Source: Peptococcaceae bacterium
GTDB taxonomy: Bacteria; Bacillota; Dehalobacteriia; UBA4068; UBA4997
Length of the DNA stretch: 64,000 bases
NCBI GenBank assembly: GCA_022797295.1
Contig: JAAWKH010000001.1
Location: 186,060 to 250,059 of the forward strand
Direction: 5' to 3'
The translations under genes were made by a program, and so were the position numbers. Below the pieces are notes generated by a model that was not told the origin of the DNA, did no database searches, and saw only the letters and a list, made by a program, of their open reading frames with translations. The number at the start of each line of letters is the position of its first letter. Position 1 is the first letter of the stretch. Below, piece after piece: positions 26,933 to 37,496 of the stretch.

Positions 26933-27736
26933 TTGCAAATGTTTAGAGAGCGGGTTTTTAGTAGCATTGGCATTGTCCTGGTGCTTGGTTTGGGGATGTA
27001 TGTGGGCGGATTGGTTTGGGTTGCTCTGATTACGCTTTTGATTTGGGGCGCGTTAAAGGAATATGCCGATATGCTTATGCCTCAGGGATACAAGGTGCCG
27101 TTGCCGCTTTTAATGCTTTTGGCGGTTTTTATGGCGGCTTTACAAAGCTATAATATTGGTATTATAAGCGAGCTTGCTTTGTTGGTAGCTTTTATTGCTA
27201 TGGTGGTTTGGCTGGTTACCACACAGGATGGTTTTGCTAATTTTGCCTTTGGTTTTATGGGATATATGATGATCGCCTGGACGCTTTCCTTTTTGGTTTG
27301 TTTGGAGGCAATGGGCGAGGGATGGCGTTTTACATTGCTGGCTTTTTTGATAGTTTGGGCCACAGACGCTGGAGCTTACTGCACTGGAATGCTTTTTGGT
27401 CGGCACAAAATGGCGCCGGTTATCAGTCCAAAAAAAAGCTGGGAAGGCGCCGTTGGCGGCGTACTCTGCTGTTTGTTGGCTGTTATTGTATATAACAGCC
27501 TGGTGCTGGATTACACCTGGCGTTTTGTACTTTCGGCGGCTTTGGTTTGCTCTATTTTTGGGCAAATTGGCGATTTGTTGGAGTCCTGGCTGAAGCGTTG
27601 GGCTGGGGTTAAGGATTCTGGCAATTTGATTCCGGGCCATGGTGGTTTGATGGATCGTTTTGATTCTTTGATGATGGTAGCGCCGTTGTTGTATTATCTT
27701 TTGATTATCTATCATAGTATTAATATCTACTTTTAA
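26933..27736 (+). CDS. cdsA: phosphatidate cytidylyltransferase
   Basis: CTP_transf_1 signature region (KKSWEG..., GHGGLMDRFDS). Confidence 0.85.
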   Translation: MQMFRERVFSSIGIVLVLGLGMYVGGLVWVALITLLIWGALKEYADMLMPQGYKVPLPLLMLLAVFMAALQSYNIGIISELALLVAFIAMVVWLVTTQDGFANFAFGFMGYMMIAWTLSFLVCLEAMGEGWRFTLLAFLIVWATDAGAYCTGMLFGRHKMAPVISPKKSWEGAVGGVLCCLLAVIVYNSLVLDYTWRFVLSAALVCSIFGQIGDLLESWLKRWAGVKDSGNLIPGHGGLMDRFDSLMMVAPLLYYLLIIYHSINIYF

Positions 27737-27752
27737 TACTATGGAGGCGCTA

Positions 27753-28640
27753 ATGCTGGCTGCTCTGTTGACGCCTTTTTTGTTGGCGCTGTTGTTTTCT
27801 TTGGTTTTGGAACCGCCTATTGCCTTGTTGACTAAGTTTTATGGCAGCAGACGTTTGGCTGCTCTGTTAATTTTTGGTTTGTTTTTGGCGCTGTTGTTGC
27901 TGGGTGCAGGTTTTGGTTTGGCTCGTTTGTTTGCCGAAGCGCAAAAGCTGTTGCTTTATTTAACTCGCTGGGAACTGACGACAGATTGGTGGCGTTCTGA
28001 TTGGGAAGTTTATCTGGCTGATTATGGAATGGAATTAGCCGCTGGCTTGGTTCATTTGCTACAGGCCACGCCATCGGCAATGGTTTCTTTGTTTGTCACG
28101 CTGTTTGCAACCTATTATCTTTGTGTGGAGCCAGATTTGCCGTTGCGTTTGCTGGCTTTGCTTTTGCCAAAGGCCTGGCTTGGACGCTTGCATTTGGTTT
28201 ATCAAAGCGCTTTGGCTGCGTTCAGCGCTTATTTGCGGGCTCAGGCGGTGGTTATGTTGACCAGTACGCTTTGGGCAATGCTGGGGTTATATGTGTTAGG
28301 TGTGGATTATGTGTTGCTTTTAGGCTTGTTGATTGGCCTTTGTGATTTACTGCCGGTACTAGGTCCAGGAACTTTGCTGTTGCCTTGGGCGCTTTTGGTT
28401 GCTCTGCAAGGTGATAGCCATTTAGCAATAGGCCTTTTGGTTATTTACCTGGTGATTTTAATTAGCCGACAACTGCTTGAACCAAAGATTATGGCTGCTG
28501 GTTTGGGTTTACATCCAATGGCCGCTTTGGCGGCCGGTTTCGTGGGGTTAACTTTCTTGGGGCCTTTTGGCTTGCTGATAGGCCCTCTGCTAACCAGTCT
28601 GGGTTATTGTATTTATCGTGAAGGCTGGCGACAAGCCTGA
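27753..28640 (+). CDS. AI-2E family transporter (YtvI/UPF0118-like membrane protein)
   Basis: Polytopic membrane protein with LCDLLPVLGPGTLLLPWALL-type motif. ATG 27753 has GGAGG 5 nt upstream, or the ORF start 27741 could be used. Confidence 0.55.
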   Translation: MLAALLTPFLLALLFSLVLEPPIALLTKFYGSRRLAALLIFGLFLALLLLGAGFGLARLFAEAQKLLLYLTRWELTTDWWRSDWEVYLADYGMELAAGLVHLLQATPSAMVSLFVTLFATYYLCVEPDLPLRLLALLLPKAWLGRLHLVYQSALAAFSAYLRAQAVVMLTSTLWAMLGLYVLGVDYVLLLGLLIGLCDLLPVLGPGTLLLPWALLVALQGDSHLAIGLLVIYLVILISRQLLEPKIMAAGLGLHPMAALAAGFVGLTFLGPFGLLIGPLLTSLGYCIYREGWRQA

Positions 28641-28699
28641 GTTTTGCAGATTGGCAGTCTGTTTATAGCAGTTTATTGTTTAGGAAGTGAAGTTTTGCA

Positions 28700-29875
28700 A
28701 TGAAAAACATAATTATATGCGGTAGCACCGGTTCGATTGGCCGACAAGCTTTGGCGGTTTGCGAATGGTTTCCGCAGCAGCTGCGTCCGGTGGCTTTGGT
28801 GGGTGGTAGCAATATTGAATTGCTGGCTGAGCAGGTGCGCAAATTTAAGCCGGAGGCTGTAGCTCTGGCTGATGAAAGTAAATATCTTGAGTTTAAGCAG
28901 ATACTGGGTGATACGTCGACTGAGATTTTGGTTGGTGAAGCCGGCGTGTTGCAAGTTGCTGCTTGGCCAGGTGCAGATATGCAGGTGGCGGCGATTTCCG
29001 GCCTGGCTGGCTTAAAGCCAACTTTGCAAGGATTAGCTGCCGGTTTGGGGATTGCTTTTGCTAACAAGGAGGTTTTGGTTGCTGCCGGTGAACTGGTGAT
29101 GGAACAGGTGGCCACAGGTCGAGGTTGCTTTTTGCCGGTCGATAGTGAACACTCAGCTATTTGGCAATGTTTGGGAGCTCCGGCTCGGCCTTGGGAGGCG
29201 CAGCCTGAGGTTGCTTCACTGTTGCTTACCTGTTCAGGCGGGCCTTTTAGGGAGGCTGACGCTGCCACGATTGCGAATGCTGGCTCACAAGAAACTTTGC
29301 GTCATCCAACTTGGCAGATGGGAGCTAAAATTACAGTTGATTCGGCTACCCTGCTGAATAAAGGCTTGGAAGTTATTGAAGCGCATTGGTTGTTTAATCT
29401 GCCATATGAGCAGATTGAGGTGATAATTCATCCTGAAAGTATCATTCATTCAATGGTACAATATCGGGACGGGGCTTTGCTGGCCCAGCTGAGCTATCCA
29501 GATATGTGCTTGCCAATTCAGTATGCACTTTCCTATCCAGAACGTTGGCCTAATCAGTTGCGGTCGCTAAATTTTGCTGAAATTGCCAGTTTGACTTTTC
29601 AAAAGCCGGATGAACAGCGTTTTCCTTGCTTCCGTTTGGCCAGGGAAGCTGGCCTGGCGGGCGGCACAATGCCAGCAGTGCTTTCTGGCGCTAATGAGGC
29701 TTTGGTGTCAGCTTTTCTGGCTGGTCGTATTCGATTAGGGCAAATTGCGGATGGATTGGCGGCGGCTTTGGCGGCGCATCAAAGCATCGCTAAACCGGAT
29801 TTGCCAGCTATTGTGCAGGCTGACTCTTGGGCCAGAAATTTTGTAACAGAATGGCTACATAGGCATACGTTTTAA
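28700..29875 (+). CDS. dxr: 1-deoxy-D-xylulose 5-phosphate reductoisomerase
   Basis: IIICGSTGSIGRQAL NADPH fold and Dxr-conserved regions. Confidence 0.9.
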   Translation: MKNIIICGSTGSIGRQALAVCEWFPQQLRPVALVGGSNIELLAEQVRKFKPEAVALADESKYLEFKQILGDTSTEILVGEAGVLQVAAWPGADMQVAAISGLAGLKPTLQGLAAGLGIAFANKEVLVAAGELVMEQVATGRGCFLPVDSEHSAIWQCLGAPARPWEAQPEVASLLLTCSGGPFREADAATIANAGSQETLRHPTWQMGAKITVDSATLLNKGLEVIEAHWLFNLPYEQIEVIIHPESIIHSMVQYRDGALLAQLSYPDMCLPIQYALSYPERWPNQLRSLNFAEIASLTFQKPDEQRFPCFRLAREAGLAGGTMPAVLSGANEALVSAFLAGRIRLGQIADGLAAALAAHQSIAKPDLPAIVQADSWARNFVTEWLHRHTF

Positions 29876-29995
29876 AAATTTTAGAATATTTTTAGAAAAA
29901 TAGCGTTTTGACTATTTAAAAATAGCAGATAATTTTATATAATAAATAGATATTGATTGAATGTGAGATAAGTGTAATGTCAAGGGAGGTATTAG

Positions 29996-31003
29996 ATGAA
30001 CATTGTTTACACGTTGATTATTCTGTGTGCGTTGGTGTTGGTGCATGAGTTTGGGCATTTTGCAGTTGCCAAGCTTAATGATGTTTACGTTGAGGAATTT
30101 TCAATAGGGATGGGGCCAAAGCTGTTTAGTTGGGGTAAAGGGGAAACAAAGTATTCAATCCGATTGTTGCCCATTGGCGGTTATGTGAAAATGGTAGGCG
30201 AAGATGAAGATAGCGATAATGAGCGCGCTTTTTGTAACAAAAGCGTGCCGGCACGTTTGGCGGTTACTTTTGCCGGGCCGGCAATGAACTTTATTTTTGC
30301 AATTATCTTTTTTATGATAGCGTTTATGTATTTTGGCTCGCCAGCCACTAACGGGCTGATTGGCACTGTTGAGCCAGGTAGCTCGGCTGATTTGGCTGGC
30401 GTGCAACAGGGCGATGTGCTGGTGGCTTTGGATGATTTTCAGATAAACACTTGGGATGATATTAGCGCTTTTATGCAGCAGGCTGAGGTTGGCCAACAAG
30501 TTCAGGTTAGCTACACGCGTGAGGGAGAGCTTTTAGTTTCGCAAACACAGCTTGTTGCTAATGAAAATGGTCAGGCCATACTTGGCATACGTCAGGGAAT
30601 ACAGCGGGCTGATTTGTTTAGCTCAATTAAACGTGGCGTTGTGACCACTGTGGAGTTTACGGCGTTGATGTTGACCTCTCTTTGGCAGATGATAACTGGT
30701 CAGGTGGAAATGGAAGTGGCCGGGCCGGTTGGGATGGTTTCTATGGTTGGTGAATATGCCGATGTTGGGCTGATGTATTTGTTCCTGTTTGCGGGCATAT
30801 TAAGCACTAACCTGGGAGTGATGAATTTGCTGCCTATTCCAGCGTTAGATGGAGCCCGGCTGGTGTTTTTGATTATTGAGGGAATTCGTCATAAGCCGAT
30901 TGACCGCAACAGGGAAGCTATGGTGCATTTTGTTGGCTTTGTGCTGCTAATGACCCTAATGTTGGTGATTACCTACTGCGATATTGAGCGGCTGTTGAGT
31001 TAG
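29996..31003 (+). CDS. rseP: RIP zinc metalloprotease RseP (site-2 protease)
   Basis: HEFGHF zinc motif in TM1, PDZ-like middle region, C-terminal LDG motif. Confidence 0.85.
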   Translation: MNIVYTLIILCALVLVHEFGHFAVAKLNDVYVEEFSIGMGPKLFSWGKGETKYSIRLLPIGGYVKMVGEDEDSDNERAFCNKSVPARLAVTFAGPAMNFIFAIIFFMIAFMYFGSPATNGLIGTVEPGSSADLAGVQQGDVLVALDDFQINTWDDISAFMQQAEVGQQVQVSYTREGELLVSQTQLVANENGQAILGIRQGIQRADLFSSIKRGVVTTVEFTALMLTSLWQMITGQVEMEVAGPVGMVSMVGEYADVGLMYLFLFAGILSTNLGVMNLLPIPALDGARLVFLIIEGIRHKPIDRNREAMVHFVGFVLLMTLMLVITYCDIERLLS

Positions 31004-31092
31004 CAAGGTTGGGATTACAACGGTCAAAGCTATGGGCAGAGATATTCTTCAGCCCAAGGACGTTTGCTTTATGCTTAAAAGGATTATCGACA

Positions 31093-32184
31093 ATGAACAA
31101 ATATAATATGATAGAACGCAAAAAGACTAAGCAGGTTATGGTGGGAAACGTGCCGATTGGCGGCGGTTCGCCAGTGGTTATTCAATCGATGACCAACACG
31201 GACACTGCCGATATGCCGGCTACTCTGCGACAGATTAACGAGTTGTCTGAGGCCGGCTGTCAGCTGGTTCGGATTACGGTGCCAGATGAGGCTGCCGCGG
31301 CAGTTTTGCCAAAGCTAACGGCGCAAAGCCCGGTGCCATTGATTGCTGATATTCACTTTGATTATCGTTTGGCGCTGGCTGCTATTCAGGCTGGCATTGC
31401 TGGCTTACGTTTAAACCCAGGCAATATCGCTGACGCGGATAAGGTGCGTCAAGTTGCGCGAGAGGCTAAAGCTGCTGGTGTGCCAATTCGAGTTGGAGTC
31501 AACAGCGGTTCTTTATCCAAAAAAATGTTGGCGCAGCATGGTGGCGTTGTGCCGGCCGCTTTAGTGGAAAGCGCTTTGGAAGAAATAGCTCAGCTGGAGG
31601 CGGAGGATTTTTTTGATATTGTGGTTTCGCTGAAAGCTTCCAACGTGCCGTTGATGTTGGCTGCTTATCGTGAGATAGCGGAGCGTGTAGATTACCCCTT
31701 GCATATTGGTGTAACAGAGGCTGGCACGCCTAAACGTGGTAGTATTAAATCTGCGGTGGGAATTGGCGCTTTGCTAGCCGAGGGGTTAGGCGATACTCTG
31801 CGGGTTTCTCTGAGTGGGGATCCTGTGCAGGAGATTTTTGTGGCTAAGGAAATTTTGCGTAGCCTGGGATTGTATAAAACAGGCGTGGAATATATTGTTT
31901 GTCCAACTTGCGGACGAACAAAAATAGACCTACCGGCTATTGCGGAGGAAATTGAGCAGCGGGTGGAGGCTTTGCATATTTCCAAGCCGCTAAAATTGGC
32001 TATAATGGGTTGTGTGGTAAACGGACCCGGCGAGGCGCGCGAGGCTGATTTTGGTTTGGCCGGCGGCAACAATGAGGGCGTTTTATTTGCTAAAGGGCAA
32101 ATTATAGGCAAGTATCCAGCGGCTGTTCTGGTGGACGAGTTTATGAGTTTAGTGCAAAATAATATAGATATAGAAGTTCTTTAA
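31093..32184 (+). CDS. ispG: 4-hydroxy-3-methylbut-2-enyl diphosphate synthase (flavodoxin-dependent)
   Basis: GcpE family sequence. ORF 31009 is trimmed to ATG 31093 (MNKYNMIERKK...). Confidence 0.85.
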   Translation: MNKYNMIERKKTKQVMVGNVPIGGGSPVVIQSMTNTDTADMPATLRQINELSEAGCQLVRITVPDEAAAAVLPKLTAQSPVPLIADIHFDYRLALAAIQAGIAGLRLNPGNIADADKVRQVAREAKAAGVPIRVGVNSGSLSKKMLAQHGGVVPAALVESALEEIAQLEAEDFFDIVVSLKASNVPLMLAAYREIAERVDYPLHIGVTEAGTPKRGSIKSAVGIGALLAEGLGDTLRVSLSGDPVQEIFVAKEILRSLGLYKTGVEYIVCPTCGRTKIDLPAIAEEIEQRVEALHISKPLKLAIMGCVVNGPGEAREADFGLAGGNNEGVLFAKGQIIGKYPAAVLVDEFMSLVQNNIDIEVL

Positions 32185-32197
32185 GGAGGATTATTTG

Positions 32198-33910
32198 ATG
32201 AAAGCAAGCAATATGTTTGCCCCCACATTAAGGGAGGTTCCGGCTGAGGCGGAAATCATCAGCCACAAGCTGATGCTGCGGGCTGGTATGCTGCGCAAAA
32301 CAGCTTCAGGCGTATATACTTATTTGCCTTTGGCTTGGCGTTCCATTCGCAAAATTGAGGAGATTGTGCGCCAGGAGATGGACGCCAAGGGCGGGCAGGA
32401 GCTTTTAATGCCGGCGGTGCAGCCGGCGGAAATTTGGCAGGAAAGCGGGCGTTGGGATGTTTATGGTGCGGAGCTGTGGCGGGTTAAAGACCGCAATGGC
32501 CGCGATTTTTGCCTGGGGCCAACGCATGAGGAAATGATTAGCATTATTTTCCGCAATGATGTGCGTTCCTACAAACAGCTGCCGCAGCTGTGGTATCAAA
32601 TTCAAACCAAATATCGGGACGAGCGGCGGCCGCGTTTTGGCTTAATGCGCAGCCGTGAGTTTATTATGAAAGATTTGTATTCCTTTGATTTGGACGAGGC
32701 CGGTTTGGCTAAAAGCTATGATTTGATGTATGACGCATATAGCAGAGTGTTTGCGCGCTGCGGTTTGAACTTCCGCCCGGTGGAAGCAGATAGTGGAGCG
32801 ATTGGCGGCAAGGGCAGTCATGAGTTTATGGCTTTGGCGGAAAGCGGCGAAAGTGCAATTTTATATTGTGATACCTGTGATTGGGCTGCCACTGACGAGA
32901 TTGCCGGGCGCGAGCCTTTGCCGGTGCCGGCGGAAGAGATGTTGCCTGTGGAAAAGGTGGACACTCCTGATTGTGGTACTGTGGAGGATGTGGCTAAATT
33001 TTTGCAGGTTCCCACCAATCGCATTGTCAAAACGATGTATTATCAGGCGGACGAGCAGCTGGTGATTGCTTTGGTGCGTGGAGATCGTCGAATTAATGAA
33101 ATTAAGCTGCAAGGCTTGCTAGGTTGTAATGAGCTGACATTGGCTGAAAATGCCGCTTTGGAGGTGCATGGTCAAAAGGTTGGCTATCTGGGGCCGGTTG
33201 GTGTTGATGGCGTTAAGATTGTGGCCGACGCTGAAGTACCGTTGATGTTCAATGTGATTGTTGGCGCAAACGACGGCGAACGCCATTTGTTGAATGTAAA
33301 CTATCAGCGGGGTGATTTCCGCATTGACCAGGTGGCTGATTTGCGTTATCTGGAGGAGGGCGAGCAGTGTCCGCATTGTCAAGGGCATTTGAAGTTAGCA
33401 CGCGGTATTGAGGTTGGTCAAATTTTTAAGCTGCACACCAAGTACAGCGATTCTTTGCATGTTGTCTATGCAGGCGAGGATGGCCAGGAGCACCCGGTGG
33501 TGATGGGTTGCTATGGTATTGGAATTGGCCGCACTTTGGCCGCGGTGGTTGAGCAATGCAATGATGCCGATGGTATTATCTGGCCGATGGCTGTGGCGCC
33601 TTATCAGGCGGTTATTATTCCGGTAAACGATCGAGAGCCAGAGCTGAAAGAAGCGGCAGAGCGCATTTATGCTGAGCTTGAAACGGCTGGTGTGGAAGTG
33701 GTTTTGGATGACCGTCAAGAACGCGCTGGGGTTAAATTTAAGGATGCGGATTTAATTGGTTATCCAGTTCGCATTACAGTTGGCGCCAAAGCGTTGGCCC
33801 GTGGTAATGTGGAAGTGCGTTTGCGCAAAAATGGTGAAATGCAGGAGATTGCTTTGGACAGCCTGACAGATTGGTTGAAAGCTTATATTTTGGTTGAAAG
33901 CTTATATTGA
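32198..33910 (+). CDS. proS: proline--tRNA ligase (bacterial type with editing domain)
   Basis: Class II aaRS motifs and ProRS INS/editing domain length. ATG at 32198, 7 nt after AGGAGGA. Confidence 0.9.
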   Translation: MKASNMFAPTLREVPAEAEIISHKLMLRAGMLRKTASGVYTYLPLAWRSIRKIEEIVRQEMDAKGGQELLMPAVQPAEIWQESGRWDVYGAELWRVKDRNGRDFCLGPTHEEMISIIFRNDVRSYKQLPQLWYQIQTKYRDERRPRFGLMRSREFIMKDLYSFDLDEAGLAKSYDLMYDAYSRVFARCGLNFRPVEADSGAIGGKGSHEFMALAESGESAILYCDTCDWAATDEIAGREPLPVPAEEMLPVEKVDTPDCGTVEDVAKFLQVPTNRIVKTMYYQADEQLVIALVRGDRRINEIKLQGLLGCNELTLAENAALEVHGQKVGYLGPVGVDGVKIVADAEVPLMFNVIVGANDGERHLLNVNYQRGDFRIDQVADLRYLEEGEQCPHCQGHLKLARGIEVGQIFKLHTKYSDSLHVVYAGEDGQEHPVVMGCYGIGIGRTLAAVVEQCNDADGIIWPMAVAPYQAVIIPVNDREPELKEAAERIYAELETAGVEVVLDDRQERAGVKFKDADLIGYPVRITVGAKALARGNVEVRLRKNGEMQEIALDSLTDWLKAYILVESLY

Positions 33911-33979
33911 AGCTGAAATTGCTGCTTGCAACTGTAAATAATTTGGTACGTTTTGGGGATTATTGAACTGGGGGTTTTT

Positions 33980-34759
33980 ATGTTAGAGCTTGGGCTGCAA
34001 CATTCTGCTATGCAGGAGCGCCTGCTGGCAGTGCGCGCGCATCTTGATAAGGTTTATCAGCCTTATGCTGAACGATTGCCGCTATTTTGTCAGCCAACAT
34101 TGGATTGGTTGAATCAAGATTTGCTGCCAACGTTAGTTTTGTTGCCCAATATTGGGGAAGCCGCCGAGGAAGCGCACAATTTGGCATTGGCGCTGGAGAT
34201 TAGTTTTTTGGCTGGCCGGGTGCATGATTTGGCGGCTTTGGCCAGAAAATCACAACCATCATCAAATAAACTTACCAGCCAGGCTATTTTAGTGGGTGAT
34301 TATCTTTATGCTGCGGCGGCGATTAAAATGGTGAATTCTGGTTACAATCAATGGTTGGGCCAGGTGGGCCGCACGCTTTGCCGACGCTCAGAGGGCAAGC
34401 TGGCTCGTTTAAGTTGGCAAACGCGTGCCTATGTGCCGGAAACAGAGCGTATTCTTAATATACATAAGGAGAATGCCGAGGGCCTTGCTTTGGCGGCGGA
34501 GTTGGCAGTGGCTAAATTGGCTTGGTCGCCGAAAGAACGTCAGGCCTGGACGGAATTTGGGTTTTATGTGGGGCAGGCTCAGGGCATACTCTTACTTGAA
34601 CCGCTTTTGCGACGGTCTGATTGCTTGGCTTTTGAGGACGCTTTGTTGCAGGCTGAACGAGCTTTGTTTAATTTGCCAAATTTGCAAGCTGTTGCTAAAG
34701 AACTTATTCTGAAGCGTTTATTTAATTATGATGGAGATAATAAGAAAAATATTAAATGA
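33980..34759 (+). CDS. polyprenyl synthase-like protein lacking DDxxD motifs (candidate non-catalytic subunit of a heterodimeric prenyl diphosphate synthase)
   Basis: ILVGDYLYAAAAIKM resembles the prenyl synthase chain-length region, but the first Asp-rich motif is replaced by VHDLAAL. The stop overlaps the next gene. GGGGGT upstream of ATG 33980. Confidence 0.45.
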   Translation: MLELGLQHSAMQERLLAVRAHLDKVYQPYAERLPLFCQPTLDWLNQDLLPTLVLLPNIGEAAEEAHNLALALEISFLAGRVHDLAALARKSQPSSNKLTSQAILVGDYLYAAAAIKMVNSGYNQWLGQVGRTLCRRSEGKLARLSWQTRAYVPETERILNIHKENAEGLALAAELAVAKLAWSPKERQAWTEFGFYVGQAQGILLLEPLLRRSDCLAFEDALLQAERALFNLPNLQAVAKELILKRLFNYDGDNKKNIK

Positions 34760-35790
34760 AAAAGCTGTTAAATAGAAAAACCACTGAACAAAAACTTTCT
34801 GCCAAATGGCGCCGGATTGTTAAGCAGGAGCTTGGCTGTTTGGAGGGTTATCTGCGGGATAGTATAACATCTGATGATGTTTTGCTGCAAAATGCAGCTT
34901 TGGGGCTGATTGAAGCTGGTGGCAAACGTTTGCGTCCGGCTTTGGCCTATTTGGCGGCGCGGCTGTGGGATGCTAAGGTTGAAGATTTACTGCCTCTGTT
35001 GGCCGCCTTGGAGCTTATTCACACTGGCAGTTTGGTGCATGATGATATTATTGACGAAGCAAAATTACGGCGCGGTCAGCCAACAGTAAATCACGTTTAT
35101 GGTGATTCGGCGGCTTTTTATGTAGGTGACTATCTGATTGGCCGAGCAATGGAATTGATTGCTCTTTGTCAGGATGAGCGGCTGGATTTAAGCTTGAACC
35201 GAACAATTTTACAGATGTGTTTGGGTGAGTTAAAGCAGGAACGGGACTTTTTCCGGCAAGAACAGAGTTATCGGGATTATTTTAATCGCATTCGTCGCAA
35301 AACGGCCCTGTTGTTTGCTGGCAGTTGTGAATGTGGCGCTATTTTGGCTAAGGCTTCTGTTGAGGGCGTTGATTCTCTTTGGCGTTGGGGTTATAATCTG
35401 GGGATGGCTTTTCAGATTATTGACGATATGTTGGACTTGGCGGCAGATGAAAAAATGCTGGGTAAACCGACCGGCAATGATTTGCGACAAGGTAATCTTT
35501 CTTTGGCGGTGCTTTACACAATACGTCGGGGCGATGAGGTTGCTGATTGTTTGGCTCATTACATTAATGCACTGCAAAATGGTGATGAATCAGTGTTGCC
35601 ACAAGCTTTGGCGTTGGTGCGTCAATCGGGCGGATTAAGTTTTGCAGCGGAAACGGCAAATCGTTTTTTGCAAAATTGTGAAAGGGAACAAGACAACTGG
35701 CCAAACACTGCTGGTTATATAAGGCAGGCCTTAAATGAGGTGTTACAGGAATTTAGGGTTCAGATGAAAAATCTGGTGGGAGATTTTTAG
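34756..35790 (+). CDS. polyprenyl diphosphate synthase (catalytic subunit, HepT/IspB-like)
   Basis: Both Asp-rich motifs are present (LVHDDIIDEA, FQIIDDMLD). Confidence 0.8.
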   Translation: MKKLLNRKTTEQKLSAKWRRIVKQELGCLEGYLRDSITSDDVLLQNAALGLIEAGGKRLRPALAYLAARLWDAKVEDLLPLLAALELIHTGSLVHDDIIDEAKLRRGQPTVNHVYGDSAAFYVGDYLIGRAMELIALCQDERLDLSLNRTILQMCLGELKQERDFFRQEQSYRDYFNRIRRKTALLFAGSCECGAILAKASVEGVDSLWRWGYNLGMAFQIIDDMLDLAADEKMLGKPTGNDLRQGNLSLAVLYTIRRGDEVADCLAHYINALQNGDESVLPQALALVRQSGGLSFAAETANRFLQNCEREQDNWPNTAGYIRQALNEVLQEFRVQMKNLVGDF

Positions 35791-35833
35791 CTAAAATAGC
35801 TGATTATATATTAAAATTTTAGGAGGAATAAAC

Positions 35834-36415
35834 ATGGCAATCGAAAAATATTTGGAGCATTTGCCCAAAATCAATCCCAAAAGTTATATTGCGGATTCGG
35901 CTGTAATTATGGGTATGGTAGAGCTGGACGAGGGCACTAGCGTGTGGCCAAACGCCACTATGCGTGGTGACGTAAATTATATTAAGATGGGCAAATTCAG
36001 CAATGTGCAGGACAATGCTGTTGTGCACGTGGCAGCGCAACCATGTCCAACTATTATTGGCGATCACGTGACCATTGGCCATGGCGCTATTGTACACGCC
36101 TGTATTATTGAGGATAACTGCCTGATTGGAATGGGGGCTGTTGTGTTGGACGGCGCCATTATTGGGCGCGGTTCCATTGTGGGCGCCGGTGCAGTGGTGG
36201 CGCCTGGAAAAATTATTCCGCCATATTCCAAGGTTATGGGTATCCCTGGCAAAGTTGTGGCAACTATGACTGAGGACGATGAGCAGGAGCGTATTAAGCA
36301 CGCCCGGCGTTACTGGAACCTGGCCGCTCAGTATATTGAGGGCGGCGAGGCTTATATGCTGGATGAGCCGGAAATTCCGATTGAAACCGACGAGCCCTAT
36401 CAAAAGTATCTGTAA
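35834..36415 (+). CDS. gamma-class carbonic anhydrase family protein (hexapeptide repeat)
   Basis: Left-handed beta-helix hexapeptide repeats. TAGGAGG RBS. Confidence 0.75.
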   Translation: MAIEKYLEHLPKINPKSYIADSAVIMGMVELDEGTSVWPNATMRGDVNYIKMGKFSNVQDNAVVHVAAQPCPTIIGDHVTIGHGAIVHACIIEDNCLIGMGAVVLDGAIIGRGSIVGAGAVVAPGKIIPPYSKVMGIPGKVVATMTEDDEQERIKHARRYWNLAAQYIEGGEAYMLDEPEIPIETDEPYQKYL

Positions 36416-36428
36416 GCGGAGGTATGTT

Positions 36429-37478
36429 ATGTCTGATAAATCAACAGCTTTAGAGGCTGCATTGCAGCAAATTGAAAAAAACTTTGGCAAGGGTTCTATT
36501 ATGAAGCTGGGATCTGGCGCTGCTCAGGGTATTGAGGTTATTTCTACTGGTTGTTTGCCGTTGGATATTGCCTTAGGCGTGGGAGGTATTCCACGTGGGC
36601 GTATTATTGAAATTTATGGGCCGGAATCTTCCGGTAAAACCACGGTGGCCTTGCATATTGCGGCTCAAGCGCAGAAGATGGGTGGCGTGGCTGCCTTTAT
36701 TGATGCTGAGCACGCTTTGGATCCGGTTTATGCGCACAATTTGGGTATAAACTTAGATGAGCTTTTGGTTTCTCAACCAGACACAGGCGAGCAGGCTTTG
36801 GAAATTGCCGAGGCATTGGTGCGCAGCGGCGCGGTTGACGTTGTGGTGGTAGACTCCGTGGCTGCATTGGTGCCGCGGGCAGAGTTGGAAGGCGATATGG
36901 GGGATTCTCACGTTGGTTTGCAGGCTCGTTTGATGAGCCAGGCTTTGCGCAAGCTGACGGGAGCTGTTAACAAAAGCCGTACGGCAATCGTTTTCATCAA
37001 TCAACTGCGCGAAAAAATTGGTGTGATGTTTGGCAACCCAGAAACTACTGCTGGTGGACGAGCCTTAAAATATTACGCTACAGTGCGTATTGATATTCGC
37101 CGCTCAGAAACTCTCAAGCAGGGTAGCGATATGGTTGGCAATCGCACAAAGGCGAAGATTGTGAAGAACAAAGTGGCGCCGCCATTTAAAATTGCCGAGT
37201 TTGATATTGTATTTGGCGAGGGTATTTCGCAGGCAGGTTCGTTGGTTGATTTGGGCGTGAATTTAGGCGTTATCAAAAAGAGTGGCTCTTGGTTTTCATA
37301 TAACGAAGAAAAAATTGGCCAAGGTCGTGAGAATGCTAAAAAATACTTAAAGAATAACCCGGAAATTTTTGCAGAAATTGAAACTAAGGTGCGTGAGCTT
37401 TCGGTAACTTCCAACCGTTTGTCATTTGGAACTACTGATGAAGAAAACGCTGAAAATGCGGAATCAGAAGCACAATAA
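36429..37478 (+). CDS. recA: recombinase RecA
   Basis: Unmistakable RecA sequence (GPESSGKTT Walker A, etc.). The ORF track's N-terminal extension is trimmed to ATG 36429, 7 nt after GGAGG. Confidence 0.95.
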   Translation: MSDKSTALEAALQQIEKNFGKGSIMKLGSGAAQGIEVISTGCLPLDIALGVGGIPRGRIIEIYGPESSGKTTVALHIAAQAQKMGGVAAFIDAEHALDPVYAHNLGINLDELLVSQPDTGEQALEIAEALVRSGAVDVVVVDSVAALVPRAELEGDMGDSHVGLQARLMSQALRKLTGAVNKSRTAIVFINQLREKIGVMFGNPETTAGGRALKYYATVRIDIRRSETLKQGSDMVGNRTKAKIVKNKVAPPFKIAEFDIVFGEGISQAGSLVDLGVNLGVIKKSGSWFSYNEEKIGQGRENAKKYLKNNPEIFAEIETKVRELSVTSNRLSFGTTDEENAENAESEAQ

Positions 37479-37496
37479 ATTAATTTACTAAATTTA

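Noticed and set aside
35819-36490. 223-aa minus-strand ORF overlapping the gamma-carbonic-anhydrase gene and the recA start
   Set aside because: Antisense shadow of the hexapeptide-repeat gene. The plus-strand gene has a TAGGAGG RBS and a conserved fold.
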